Assembly (NCBI GenBank): GCA_964016885.1
Contig: OZ024756.1
Span: 24,428,001-24,492,000 of the forward strand
Length of the DNA: 64,000 bases
Direction of reading: 5' to 3'
Origin: Eledone cirrhosa
Taxonomy: Eukaryota
Part shown: in pieces, positions 11,129 to 45,745 of the stretch
Layout of the letters: each line of letters begins with the position of its first letter
Numbering within the stretch: the first letter of the stretch is position 1
Notes under the pieces: model-generated
What the model was told of the DNA's origin: nothing
What the model saw: the letters and a program-made list of their open reading frames with translations, nothing else
Databases searched by the model: none
Position numbers and translations under genes: made by a program

Positions 11129-13858
11129 GGCAAAATAAGCTCTGTTTCCAACACTGCTGTTTCTTTAAATTGTAGAACTATTTAAAGATTATCTTAGCAA
11201 CACGATTATGAATAAACAAAAAGAAAAAATGAATGAGAGCAGATTAACAGTGTATGTATGGTCACACTGATTACAGATGGGTTATTTTTAGTCCTGACTG
11301 GCTACACACTATTCACTTTTAATATTGTACTTGTAAACTAGTTTAAAAGTTGACTGCAATTGCTGACACATTATACAGTAGTTTTATTTAATTTCAGTGT
11401 TTTAATCTTTAGATGTAAATTTTCTTGTGGACAGAGGTGAATTGCTTAGTCTTCACACATGCACACATATATATGTATGTAACAATTACTGCATGGAAGA
11501 GCGAACTTTTTCATTTAAAAATACAAATAGTGTTAACTTGGACTTGGTTGTGTGTTGTGTTTCTTGAGCAAAACACTTCATTTCATGTTGCCCCAGTCTA
11601 CTTAGCTGAAAATTAATGCCAGCAGCAATAGCTGGTTGTTTAATCCTGCAATGGACTGGCGACCTGCCCAGGGGGAAGTCTTGTTCTCTCAGTCACTTAA
11701 CGCCATGGAAACCAGGATAAGTACTGGTATGATGAGCTGCTGGGCTCAAGACAGACTTTAACCCTGTGATGGACTGGTGTCCTGTCCAGAGGGGAGTCTT
11801 GTACCCTCAGTCGCTTAATGCCATGGAAACCAGGATAAGCACCGGCCTAATGAGCCTCTGGTCTCGAAACAGACTTTAGACTTTAATATTCATTTCTTGG
11901 TGTCAACAAACTTTTCATCACAAAATTTACGAATGATGTCAGTAACCAGGTCACAGGAAGTGCTAGGAAATTTTTGGCATGAAAAAATGAATGATAAATA
12001 TAAAGTAAAGTTAACAGTATTTGTCTGTTTTTAAATGGCTAAAATGAGTTCAATACAATAATTGTTTTAGGTTTTCAACACCCAACACACTGTCTGAGAT
12101 CAAGTCACTTTCCATCATCATCATCACCATCATCACCATATAACATCTGTTATCGACTTTAGTAACCAATGCAGTCCTCTTCATTGCTTTCTGGTATTCT
12201 TATCAACTTTGGTAATCCATGCTACTTTTTTGGCACTCTCCCCTTTCACTGCAGTCATTCACTCTTGCACTGCAAGCTAGCCATAAACTCTCAGCTACTT
12301 TATATCACTCTTAATTCAGTCATCTACAGTAACTATTTTAATTTTTTTTTAATCTGTTCATTATCATATTTCTAATGAAATATGATTTTCAAATAATTTT
12401 GAAAACTATCAAGAATTTGGTGGGATTTAGTAATATAACTTTAGTAATATAACTTTAATATAACTTTAGTAATATAACTTTAGTAGTATAACTTTAGTAA
12501 TATAACTTTAGTTATATCTTACCCAGTATTACAAAACACTTTCAATGAATTTGAACTCAACACATAAGAAAGTTAGCAGAACATTTTCCAATGGACCACT
12601 TGTGTTTTGAGCATTACTTAACAAAAGTTTTTGCATAAGAATTATGATGGAAGGTTTTAGATAAATATAAACATTTTAAAATAAAGTTTTGTATCATAGA
12701 AATTATGATAGGAGGTTTTTAGATAAATATAAACATTTTAAAATATAGTTTTGTATCGTAGAAATGGGTCGGTTTCTGGTAGTTTGGGTTGAAAAAAAAA
12801 ATAAGGAAAAATAAGGAAAATCTGATCATTAGAGTGGACTAAAGAAACCATGCTTCCATTGGTCTTTCCATTGCTGATAATCTTTGCCTGTCACAACTCC
12901 CAAAAGAAGGAGGCAGGATTTGAATGCAGAATGCACAGAACCATGTTCGATACTACAGAGCATTCCATCACTTTTTACCAGTTCCACCAAATCCATCACT
13001 TCTGGACTGGTACTTTATTTATCAACCCTGAAAAGATGGAGGGTGAAGTTGACCCAGACAACTTGAACAAATACCGAGGCATTTAACTTTTAATGTCCTG
13101 TACCACACAAAACTGCATTTTTGAAAAGTACTAAACAGCACTATGAATGCATCACATTAAAAAAATTAAACTCTTTACTTTAGTTTACTACTAGTAAAGA
13201 TAAAAAGCACCCTGTCCATCCTGTAAGGTGATCATGCTGGTGACATGACAAGAAGCATCCAGTCCACACTGTAACATAGTTGGCATTAGGAAAGGCCTCC
13301 AGCATTAGAAACGAAGCCAAAATACATCCATATGAACAAGATATTGCCTCCAGACCTGATTTGTCTCAACATAACAACCTGTGTAACCCATGCAAGCATG
13401 GAAAATGGACGTTAAGTGATGACTTCTTTTTTGATAATTTCTACTAGCTCATTATATGATGTTAAGAGATAATCAGATGCTCTAATGACTGCCAATTCAT
13501 TAGAGCATAAAGAGTTAAAGCTATATTTGATACATTCACTGAATATTTCTCGCTTCTATTGTTCTCAGTTAAATATATTTTCCAGTTCACTTACTTCCAT
13601 CTACCGAAACAAGGTAATGGGTTTTTCGTACAATCAACGTGCTTATTTCTTTTATTTTTGTACTTTACAAAGAGGGTCTGCTGAAAAATTCATAGGCTGA
13701 CCAAGATACTCTCAAAGGAGGTTTATGTTACAACATATTCTCAGGAAAGAAACAAATGCAGTTATTAATAAGAGTTGAAATTAATGCATGCAAGATTTCA
13801 CAGCTCTAGCATCACTCCTTCACAGCCTATGAACCTTTCAGCCCACCCTCATATTATA

Positions 13859-14498
13859 TCTCGATATATAAAGTTGTAGTTCCTGTCTGTTTGTTTGTTT
13901 GTTTGTTCACAAACTACTCCTATGGTTTTGGAGATAGACCCCCATAACCATATATATTCTGAAATTACATTGCCCAGGGTACTTGGATAAGTATATTCCA
14001 TTTTAATCAAAGGGTTCCCCGGGGGCACAAACCCCCGCTGAAAATTGTTTCCCTGCGATTTTTATGAAATTTAAACCATAGGTAAATGACAAGATATGAT
14101 ATCTATTCACAAAATTTCAATAATATTAAGACACCCTAATGGGGGTTAAACCCCTATAGTGAAAATTTTGGAAGCCCATAACTTGAGTATTGGGACTTTG
14201 AATTTCTAATTTGAAAATAATGCTTTACACAAAAATGAAATGATCAAGTTTTGAATTGATATTTTGAAAAAAATTATTTACAAGAAACAAAATAAGAATA
14301 AGATTTAATAATGTAATTTTGATTTGATACATTACAAAAAATAATGTTTTCCAATTTTTCAATGCATTACATTTTACATTGAGTAATATTGAAATGCAGA
14401 GTTTTTCTCCATAAATGATATCACTGATTTAAAATCAATCATCATTTTCTTACAAAAAAAATGTGTGAAACGCAGCAAGGCATGGGTAATTCGGCTAG
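13859..14498 (+). mobile_element. Non-autonomous Helitron-like element
   Basis: 5' TC...TATATAAAG followed by (TTTG)n; 3' GCAAGGCATGGGTAATTCGG-CTAG|T; same architecture as 1948-2534. Confidence 0.55.
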
Positions 14499-15022
14499 TA
14501 TATATATATATATAATAGTGTGTGTGTGTGTGTGTGTGTTTATTCAGCCCACCCTCAAATTATATATTATATATATATATCGTATATGTGTATGTATGCA
14601 TTCAGCCCATCCTCATAATAAAGAATATTGTTATATAATTCACAATTAATTACTAATAACCACTCTGCATTTATAAACCATATATACTTGTGTAAAAGTC
14701 ATTTTTTTTTTTAAAGGTTAAATTCCCTTTTCGAGGGGCTGACATTGACATGTTACAATCCAAAATACCATATCACGAAGTAGAAACCTAAATGAATAAA
14801 AGTATAACAATGAATTAGTGAATTACTGTAATAATTCTATGAATTGAAACATTTTTCCTACTACCAAAACACATAAATAAAACCATGTAGCTCTTATATA
14901 TATTTTCACTTACAAACATCAGAACATAATAGTGTAGTAATATATATATATATTTTTTTAATCCTACAGAATTTCCATTTGGTTTATATCTGATTCCTGA
15001 AGTTTGGCACAAAACTTACATT

Positions 15023-35386
<20,364 letters not shown>

Positions 35387-35486
35387 TTCATGCTACCCAC
35401 ACACCCCTTTCATCTCTCCCTCTCATCTCATTCGTTCCTTTTCATTTGTTAAAAGGGTTAATGTACATTTGCTGCCATGCAGCAGC

Positions 35487-35532
<46 letters not shown>

Positions 35533-36267
35533 ATATATATATGTACTCATATATATATATATATATATAAATTCAAATTCAAAACTGAAGATTTGCCTCC
35601 AATTTAAGAATTAAGCTGAATTTTTTGTTTCTGATAATTAGAATATACAATATAATTGTTTCTACTTTTGGCACAAGGCCAGCAATTACCCCAGTGTATT
35701 ACTGGTACTTTATTTTATCGACCGAGTATATACAATATAATAATTGTTTCTACTTTTGGCACAAGGCCAGCAATTACCCCAGTGTATTACTGGTACTTTA
35801 TTTTATCGACCGAGTATATACAATATAATAATAATTATTATTATCATTATTAAGGGTATAGAATTGGCAGTAATTGGTAGAGCATCAGACATCATGCTTC
35901 ACAGCATAGAGTTATGTCCCAGTATGGCCTTGGTTCAAATTCCACTGAGGTTAGTTTTGCTTTTCGTCCCTATATGGTCAATAAAATACAGTATCAGTAA
36001 TGCACTGGGGACAATTTAATTGATTTTCTTCTCCCACCAAAATTGTTGGCCTTGTCTAAATCAGACACCATTATAATATATAACTATTCCATTACCAAAG
36101 GTTTCTGGATCCCAGACAATATTAATATACGTCTGGATCAGTCATCAGACAGATATGTTGTTATGTATATTGTCTAGGCTACTCAAACCTTTGGTAATGA
36201 AGTAGTTCTGTCATTCACTTTCTAATTAAATAGCTCTTTTCCTTTGCTTTTTTTTATGGAATTATCT

Positions 36268-36301
<34 letters not shown>

Positions 36302-36338
36302 ATTAACAAATGGAAACTATATTTATAAAACCATATTT

Positions 36339-36401
36339 ATTTCATTATACATATTTCAAGGACACCAAGTTAAATTATGGTGTGCTTTCATCAGATAAAA
36401 T
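36339..36401 (-). ncRNA. Type I hammerhead ribozyme motif in the left arm of the same palindrome
   Basis: Reverse-complement copy of 36541-36603 with one substitution in stem II. Confidence 0.62.
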
Positions 36402-36540
36402 ATAATATAGATCAGTTTTATAAATAAATATTGACATACCCTTAAAGAATGCAACCATTACTATCCGGGAGTTTCCAACAGTAATGGTTGCATTCTTTAA
36501 GGGTATGTCAATATTTATTTATAAAACTGATCTATATTAT

Positions 36541-36603
36541 ATTTTATCTGATGAAAGCATACCATAATTTAACTTGGTGTCCTTGAAATATGTATAATGA
36601 AAT
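36541..36603 (+). ncRNA. Type I hammerhead ribozyme motif in the right arm of a palindrome
   Basis: ATTTTAT-CTGATGA-AAGCATACCA-loop-TGGTGTCCTT-GAAA-TATGTA-TA-ATGAAAT. Confidence 0.62.
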
Positions 36604-36643
36604 AAATATGGTTTTATAAATATAGTTTCCATTTGTTAATATC

Positions 36644-36689
<46 letters not shown>

Positions 36690-36750
36690 TAATTATCAGA
36701 ATGTAAAGAAATGTCAGCCTACTTGTTGAAACAAAAAGTAAATCTTCAGT

Positions 36751-36814
<64 letters not shown>

Positions 36815-37849
36815 GGTGTCCCAAAAGTATATACACACTTTGATTATTTGCTGCTGAAATGTGTATACATTTTTGGGGGACACTATATATATCTATCTAT
36901 ATAAGAATAAAGTAATTATTATTACAAAGCCTTATAGTCATAAAAATTCATCCATCTCCACTCCTGTGTCTCCCCCTTCTCCCATGTAATATAGGGTATT
37001 GAATGTATTGCAAGAAATTTGTGAACTTGTTTATTTCATGTGATCTACTTTATTTAAATGCCTTTCTTTCAATTGTTTCTTCCTTTTTTTTTCTATTTCA
37101 TTATATAATACATTAAAAAAATTCTTTGTAATTTATTTAATTCTATTATTTAAGATATTTTTCTAAAAAAAATATTTTCTATTATAAAATTTGTTTGGCT
37201 TTCAATGTTTAAATTGTTCTCTGCTCACATTGTTCTCCCAGACAATGATATTCAGGAAATATTTGCAAAACTGGATAAGTCCACCTAAGAGTAGAAAACA
37301 ATTAACATTGCAAATGTCTGTATTAAAAAAAAATTTTTTTGATTTTGGTTGCAAAAGGAAATGAATAAATTGCATTTGCCTGTCACCTGCTTCTAGTTTG
37401 CTTTTATTTACACCTGCACTAATAAATTAATCATGAGAGGAGTTTATCTCACCTTGACTTTTGCTCTGTATTACAGGAACAGACTTATTTTTACCTGTCT
37501 TCTTTTAAGTTCCATGTTTGATATTTCTTTTACTAGCATGGATGTGTGATTAAGAAGTTCACTTCACACCCACCTGGTTTCAAGTTCCATCCCTACTGTA
37601 TGACGCCTTAAGCTGTTACTCTTCTACTGTAGCTTCAAACTGACCAATACCTTCTGTGTGAATTTAGTAGATAGAAACTGTAATTGTGTGTGTATGTATG
37701 TATATATCTATATATGTATATGTGCTTAGACATCCTGCATCTTGAGATGCATGAGACAACCAAAGTGCTCCAATGACCAGTCAGAGGCATCTATCAATAC
37801 ATGATTCCAACTTTTGTTGATGGGTTTCAGGTCTCTGTTAGTTGTCTGT

Positions 37850-38135
37850 TGCCATTTCATCTCATGATGTCCTCTTCACCACTTACTAATACGGGACCTG
37901 ATTAGCATGTCTTTCACTTGGGAGTCGTGTGAAGCGTCCAAAAACCAGCCATGTTGATGCTTTCACATGGTGTTGGTGAGTTTATTGGACTTCTTTGTTG
38001 GTGATGTAGTTATCTAATTGGTTCTCTTTGCTGGTCTCCACACTCTGCGTTTCGGACCCATACAGGAGAGTTGAAAGTACATTGCTGTTATAAAATCTCA
38101 TCTTGGTACCAAGCAAAAGCTTTTTACTTCTCCAT
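37850..38135 (-). mobile_element. Degraded RTE-clade LINE fragment
   Basis: TKMRFYNSNVLSTLLYGSET motif, typical of the region C-terminal to the RTE reverse transcriptase. Confidence 0.7.
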
Positions 38136-38145
38136 TGTATGTAAA

Positions 38146-38187
<42 letters not shown>

Positions 38188-38221
38188 ATCTAACCCATGC
38201 TATCATAGGGACGTTAAACGA

Positions 38222-38430
38222 TGAAGCATGGAACAAACTACCTGCATCAGTTGTTAGCTGTCGAGACACTGCATCCTTTAAGGCCTCCATGCTTCCCGAG
38301 ATCCGCCAACACTACAGCTAACACATACACAAATGCCAGGGAAGTACATGTGTGTATTATTCTATGTACTATATTGACGAGTTGTAGTGCACCTGAGCAC
38401 TTTACACAATAATTTCATTATTATTATTAT
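38222..38430 (+). mobile_element. 3' end of a CR1/L2-like LINE; second copy at 63515-63925
   Basis: EAWNKLPASVV...ASFK peptide followed by GTAGTGCACCTGAGCAC and an (ATT)n tail. Confidence 0.65.
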
Positions 38431-41379
38431 ATGATGTGTGTGTATTGTAGAACTAGCTGTCCGTTTCACGTGTTTTGGTATCAAAAGAGTTAAGGTAGCA
38501 GAAAGTTTGTATACCAGAGTTGATAGTGTGGGTGAGAGAGGACTCCATTAGTGCACAGTGGTGGAGGTGTCAGGGCTATGTGTATAAGTTGATAATAAGG
38601 CTGAGAGAGAGGGCTCCATCAATATCGTGTGGTATTGTGATTGGCGACAGTTCTGTCAGTTTAATATCAGTGTGGTGGGAAATGAGACTGAGGGGTTCAG
38701 GCAATGTATATAAGGAAGGCGCTCACACAATACTTCTTTAAGAAACACCGTTCTTCAAAGCCCCCTCTAAATGCAAAGAAGCAATAAAAGTCTACCTGTG
38801 AAGGCATGTGGCCTAATGGTTAGGGTGTTGGGTTGCAATCATGGCATGTTGTATATTTGATCAAGACACTCCATTTCAAATTTCTTCAGTCTAATTACTC
38901 AACAGAAAAAAATAATACTAACAGCAGCTGGGGGTTAAGCTTGCAATGGATTGGTGTCCCTTTCCAAAGGGCTCGTCTGCTACTCTCAGTTACTTAACAC
39001 TTAATCTCCTATATCACTTAAAACCAAATTACTAAGACATTTTAAAGAAGTACAAAACAGCACTATGACTGCATCACTTAAAACCAAATTACTAAGACAT
39101 TTTAAAGAAGTACAAAACAGCACTATGACTGCATCACAGATTTTCACATTCTGCTCATTAGTAAAGACACTAAACATTTGAATTAATCTGTTTTTGTTTT
39201 TTGTTTTTTGTTTTTTGTTTTTTTTCTTGTTAAACCATTTCAGAATGTTAGTTGAAAGTGAGATAAGGCTTGGCCTAATGAACTTCTAGACATTAGAAAG
39301 ACTCAGTATATGATATCATCAGAAGGATGAAAGGTAAAGTTGACCTCAGAACATAAAGAGCTGGAAAAAAATACTGTTCATTGCTCTACTAAATCTGTCA
39401 ATCTATTGCAGTTAATGACAATAATAATTGTTTCTACTTTTGGCACAAGGCCAGCAATTACCCAGTACATTACTGGTACTTTATTTTATCGACCCCCCCC
39501 CCCCCCCCCGTAAGGATGAAAGGCAAAGTTAACCTCGGTGTGATTAATGGTTTCTGATTTAGGCACAAGGCCAACAATTTTAGTGGAGGGGGGGGGGGGG
39601 GGTTGATTAGATTGACCCAATTGTATTACTGGTGCTTTATTTTATTGGCCCTGATTGGATGAAAGGTAAAGCTAACCTTGGTGGGATTTGAACTCAGAAC
39701 ATAAAGGGATGTAACTATATGTGCAAAGCATGTCCGACACGACTGTTGTCTACCAATGGTAGATTTAAGCACAAGGCCAACAATTTCAGGGGAGGGGAAA
39801 GTCAATTAAATCGACCCCAGTGTTACTGATACTTTATTTTATCAATCCACGTAAGGAGGGAAGGCAAGGCAAGGCTAACCTCAGCGAGATTTGAACTCAG
39901 AATGTAAAGGAACGTAACTATATGCCACCTCTTACGGAATCTTTTAGTCGTGACTATCATTAATTCCTCTCTAACTTTAATCTATTTTTTATGATTTTTT
40001 TAAATTTTATTTTTAATATTCCTCATAGTGGCCAAAGGCAACTTCTTTTTCCAGCTTTAAGGGTCTTCACCCAACTCTACAGCATCTCTGTACATTAGCA
40101 CACCATTCTTTATATATAAATATAAGCACCTAACGAGTATCTGCTGGCAACTCCTTTTTCCATCTTTAAGTGTCTTCACCCTATTTTATAGTATCTCCAT
40201 GCATGAGCACATCAATCTTTAACTCTTTATACTAACTTTAATATCTTCAGTTTTCTTTAATTTTTTTTTTAGATTTAAAAGTTCATATTTACCCTTTTTA
40301 TTTATTTTTTTTTTTTTTACAGTGAGAAACAACTTTAAACAAGTATATTCATAAAACCTCTTCATTCTATAATAATTAATTTTATATTTCTATATAGGCT
40401 AAAGATGATGCAGGAGGAAATAAGAGCAAGTGGGTGGAGCAGAGGGAGGTTTGGCTGCTATTTCTTGCATATCGAGTGAACTTTCATAGGTTCTGTCATT
40501 AGTTGTAAAGGAGGGTGGGGTGGAACAAGTTAGGGTATAAATAAAATACTTTTGGCTCAGATCTGTTCCAGTCGAGCATAACAGATTATCAAAGCCATTC
40601 CAGCTGTGACCATCCTGTCGGGTTGTTTTTAGACACGGCACTAAGTCTACATTAACCAATGTAGACTTCTTTTTGTTTTGAAGATGATATGGGCATTTGA
40701 GAGATTTGTCTGTTATTTCTAACAGTTTCATGGGTCTGTTCTGATGATTGATATCCTTCCCCTTTCTTTATATATATATATATATATATTCCATTATTGT
40801 ATTTGTTTTGCAATATTTTTTATCTGAAATCGTGTTGAAACAGATATTGTTATACTTTGGGAGGGGTGTTTTTTTTTATTGGCAGCATGACCCTCCCAAA
40901 CTGTATAACTGTATATCATTTCATTTTCATTTCATTTTACGTCCACTTTTCCCTGCTTACAAGGGTGGGATGGGAACTGATTCTGGCTTGATTTCTACAG
41001 CTGGATGCCCTTTCTAACACCAACCTCATTTACAGTGAGTGCTGGGTGCTTTTTTGCCGTGGCACCTCCACGACCACTCTGCAGTGGAATGATAGGGACT
41101 GGGGTCCCTATCATCTCAATCATCTCATTTCTACAGCTGAGTAAACTGGAGCAATGTGAAATAAAGTGTCTTGCTCAAGGAAACAACACATCACCCGGTC
41201 TGAGAATTGAACTCACAACCATTCGATTGCAAGGCCAATGCTCTAACCACTAAGCCATGTGCCTCCATATATATATCATCATTTAACGTGCATTTTCCAC
41301 TTTAGCATCTAGTTACTTTCGTTTAATTTCATCAAACATCGACTTTCATCAAATATCTATGGAAAGAATGTAGATTATT

Positions 41380-42040
41380 ATGTGTGGCCAATGCTCAGAT
41401 GCAATAAGTAGCAAGTGCCCACAGGACACTAGCTCTTTCTACTGCCCAGATGGTTCTATAGAAATAGTGGACACTTTCCGTTACCTGGGTGATAAAATCA
41501 GCAGAGGTGGAGGGTGCTCTGAAAGTACAGTAGCCAGAGTTAGAACGGGATGGAAAAAGTTCAGAGAGCTAATACTGCTGTTGGCCACAGAAGGTTTCTC
41601 TCTAAAAATGAAAGGCAGATTGTATGATGCTTGTATATGAACAGCAATGTTATATGGCAGTGAGACATGGGCATTGTGTGCAGAAGAGCTGCACAGATTG
41701 GAAAGGAATGAAGCATGCATGCTCTGTTGGATGTGTAATAGTAATATACACGAATGGCAAAATATAAGTGAACTAAGAGGGATCAGATGCTGTTTACTTG
41801 TGAGAAGACTATGTTGGTATGGTCACGTGATGCGCATGAAAGATGACATCTGTATAAAAAAAGTGCAGAGTGATCAAAATTGATGGAAGTTACGGAGTAG
41901 GTAGACCCAGAAAAACCTTGGACGACATGATAAAATCCAGCCTTGCACACTTACACCTCTTTAAGACGATGTCACTGGACCGAGATCTTTGGTGCCACGC
42001 AGTAATACAGAAGACCCGCCTTCCCTGTGTGCAAAGTTAA
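41380..42040 (+). mobile_element. Degraded RTE-clade LINE 3' fragment
   Basis: FRYLGDKI...ARVRTGWKKFREL...KGRLYDACI*TAMLYGSETW...RRLCWYGHVMR...GRPRKT, with stops and frameshifts. Confidence 0.85.
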
Positions 42041-43099
42041 CCTACAGTCAGTAGGCCCCTCCTAACCAAATATACACCCCAACCCACTACCCCTACTCCA
42101 TCCTCCCACTCCCACCACCCTTTCTCTATAAAGTTATGTTGGTACCACAACATCTAGTCCAAACTAAAGAGGTTGTGTAGGTGTCATGACAAAAAAAAAC
42201 ACAGTCCACGCTATAATGTGGCCATGTAGGAAACACGGTAAAAAGGCTCCCAGTCCACACTGTAAATATGGTTGGTGTTAGGAATGGCATCCTGCCAGAT
42301 GCAGTTCTATACGAGTGAGACATGATCACCCGATCAATCTTGCCTCAAGTGGGACTATTCCTGTCTAACCCATGATGATATATATATATATAGAAAACCA
42401 TATTGGGAATTAACAAATACAATCTAACTGAACATTCCTTGAAAGTAAATATAAACAACAACAACTAAAACTTCATTTTTATTTGGCCTCAAGGACTCCA
42501 CAACAAAAAAAATAACATACGAGAATTATCATTTTTATGTCCTTATTTCCACACATGCATGGGTTGGACAGAGCCCTGGTTTCATGGGCTTTAAGCAATA
42601 GAGTATGAGACAGTTCATCACAGGGTAAATTGCCCCCAGTTTGCCACTGGTACTAATTTTGAGGTAAGTGAACTGGAGCAACATGAAATGAACTATGTTG
42701 CTCAAAGAAATATGTTACCTGGTTCTGAGAATTGATCCCACAACCATCTGATTGTGAATCTAATAATCCAACCATCAAGTCATACACTTTCACCCAATAA
42801 CAAATATAACATGTATAGAGAAATATAGCATGGAATAGTACAAATATAAAAATATAAAATATTTATTTAGCAAAAAAAAGGGAAAGGAACTGATGATCAG
42901 TTCGGACCAAATAAACTGTTTCCATTAGTTTTTCCATTGTTGATACCATCTGCCAGTCACATCTCTTGAAACAAAACCACCCATTTTAAAGAGATCCTAT
43001 TTAAATTGAAATCTTCGAATCTAAATAAACATTTGCCTCAAAATTCGAGACAAAGTTTGAGTGTGTTTGAGATCAATGGAAATAATTTGAAAACTCAAT

Positions 43100-43540
43100 C
43101 TAAGAATAGCTGTTAAAACAGCCAAAAGCCATCAATAACAGCAAGAATAACTTTTAAAACAGTTAAATATCGTAAATGACAGCAAGAATAACTGTCAAAA
43201 CAGCAAAATGTCGATATTGACAGCAAGAATAACTGATAAAACAGTTAAATATCATCGATCACAGCAAGAATTGTTAAAAAAGACATGTAATCAATGACAT
43301 CAACAATACCTGTTAAAACTGTCAAATGTCGATAATGACAGGAAGAATAACTATTAAAACAGTCAAATGTTGATAATGACAGCAAGAATAACTGTTAAAA
43401 CAGACATGTCGTCAATGACAGCAAGAATAACCGTTAAAACAGTCAAATATTGTCAATGACAGCAAGAATAACCGTTAAAACAGTCAAATATTGTCAATGA
43501 CAGCAAGAATAACCGTTAAAACAGCCAAATACCATCAATG
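43100..43540. repeat. Minisatellite with a unit of about 41 bp
   Basis: Unit GACAGCAAGAATAACCGTTAAAACAGTCAAATATTGTCAAT. Confidence 0.9.
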
Positions 43541-43939
43541 ATACCATGTAAGATGGTTAAAAATACTTTTACTTTTGTCTGTAATGATCACTGGCTACTG
43601 ATTTCAGTCAGAGATATTTTTACCCAACTTATATGTTGTCATTTACGTCATTCAATTGTTTTAACTGCTATTCCTTGCGTTCAAGTTTTCAAATTATTCC
43701 TATAAATTTTCCAACTTAATTTAATATAAGAACCATTCATTGAGTTATCTTACAAATACCATTTTAATGATGAAATAATTAACAATTTTAATAAATCCCT
43801 CCAAATTCTTCACTACTTAATTGCCATAGAGTGTATTTCATTTGAAATATGACTGTGAAATAATAACTTCATTACACAAACTCAAAGACAAGTAAGAGTT
43901 CTGAGAGTGGCACAGGACGTGGTGCCCCAGAATGGCCTG

Positions 43940-45745
43940 CACCAACAATTTTTGGGGATGGGAAAAGTCGATTATAATGACCCCAATACATTTACTGGTA
44001 CTTTATTTTATCGACCCTGAAAGGATGAAAGATAAAGTTGACCGTAGTGGGATTTGAAGTTAGAATCTAAAGAACTCGAACAAATACTACTGCAAGTTTG
44101 TCCGATACTCTGTCTCCAATCCACTGCCGTAATAATTGGTTCTACATTTGGCACAAAGCCAATGATTTGAAGGGAAGCGATAAGTTGATTAAATAAACGC
44201 TAGTGTGTTACTGGTACTTTATTTTATCAACCTCAAAAGGCTAAGCTAACCTGATAGTAAAGGGCCAAAATTCTATCCCTCAAAGCATGTTGTCTGGCGC
44301 TCTACCAACTCTGCCAATCCAATTGTCCTATTAATAATAATATATAATTTGGAAAATGATATACGTAATAAGGCTAAACAATACAAAATAGACGGTAGGA
44401 TGAAGGCAACAAACAAGTTAGTTAACTGGTAGTCTTTGTTTTTTTGTCCTAATATTTTGGACTTCAAATTCCCTTCGTCAGAGAAATATTAGGATGAAAG
44501 AACCCCCCCCCCCCCACAAAGATTATTAGGTAACTAACTTGTTTGTCGCATTCATCTTAACATCCATATTGCATTGTTTAGCCTTATCACATATATCATT
44601 TTCCACATTATATATTATATGTAAATGCTTCAAGCAAACTACAACAGTTTATTAATAATAATAATTGTTTCTACTTTAGGCACAAGGCCAGCAATTACCC
44701 AGTTCATTACTGGTACTTTATTTTATCGACCCCGTAAGGATGAAAGGCAAAGTCAACCTCGGCGGGATTTGAACTCAGATCGTAAAGGGACGTAACTATG
44801 TTGGAAAGCATGGCGTCCAATGTTTTCTGATTTAGGCACAAGGCCAATCATTTTAGGGGAGGGTAAAGTCAATTAAATCAACCCCAGTGCATTCCTGGTA
44901 TTTTATTTTATCGACACTGTAAGGATGCAAGGCAAAGTTAACCTCAACAGGATTTGAACTCAGAATGTAAAGTACCGTAACTATATGCTATAAAATATGT
45001 CCAACACTGCCAAACCACCACCCTCCCATTGCCCTATTAATGGTTTCTTATATAGGCAGAAGGCCAATTCAGGGGGAGGCGAAAGTCAATTAAATCGACC
45101 CAGTGCGTGACTGGTACTTTATTTTATCGACCCTGTAAGGATGAAAGGCAAAGTTAACCTCGGCGGGATTTGAACTCAGACCATAAAGGGCCGTAACTCT
45201 ATGCTGCAAAGCGTGGCGTCCGACCCTCTACCGATACTGCCAATCCACCGCCCTCCATTGCCCTATTAATAATAATTTCTACTACAAGCAAATAATAATG
45301 ATGATTTCTACTATAAGCACAAGACCAGCAATTTGGGGGGAGGGGAAAGTCGATTAAACCGACCCCAGTGCATGACTGGTACTTTATTTTATCGACATCG
45401 TAAGGATAAAAGGCAAAGCTAACCTTGGTGAGGTTCTGAGTTCAGCTTTGCCTTTCATCCTTACGGGATCACGCAATGGAGTCAATTTAATCGAAGTCCC
45501 CCTTCCTAAAAAAATTGCTGGCCTTGTGCCTAAATCAGAAACCATTAATAATAATAATTGTTTCTACTTTTGGCACAATGCCAGCAATTACCCAGTGCAT
45601 TACTGGTACTTTATTTTATCGACCCCGTAAGGATGAAAGGCAAAGTTAACCTCAATGGGATTTGAACTCGGACCATAAAGGGCCGTAACTCTATGCTGGA
45701 AAGCATGGCGTCTGACCCTCTACGGATACTGCCAATCCACCATTA
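43940..45745 (-). mobile_element. Dense cluster of SINE family A copies, mostly on the minus strand, downstream of OPLAH
   Basis: Repeated ACTGGTACTTTATTTTATCGACCC..AAGGATGAAAGGCAAAGTTAACCTCGGCGGGATTTGAACTCAG; similar clusters at 39420-39930 and 55445-56000. Confidence 0.85.

Larger units (their letters stand above)
36299..36643. repeat. Near-perfect palindrome: 164-bp arms, 17-nt spacer, flanked by (TA)n
   Basis: 36299-36462 is the reverse complement of 36480-36643, with one visible mismatch. Confidence 0.95.
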
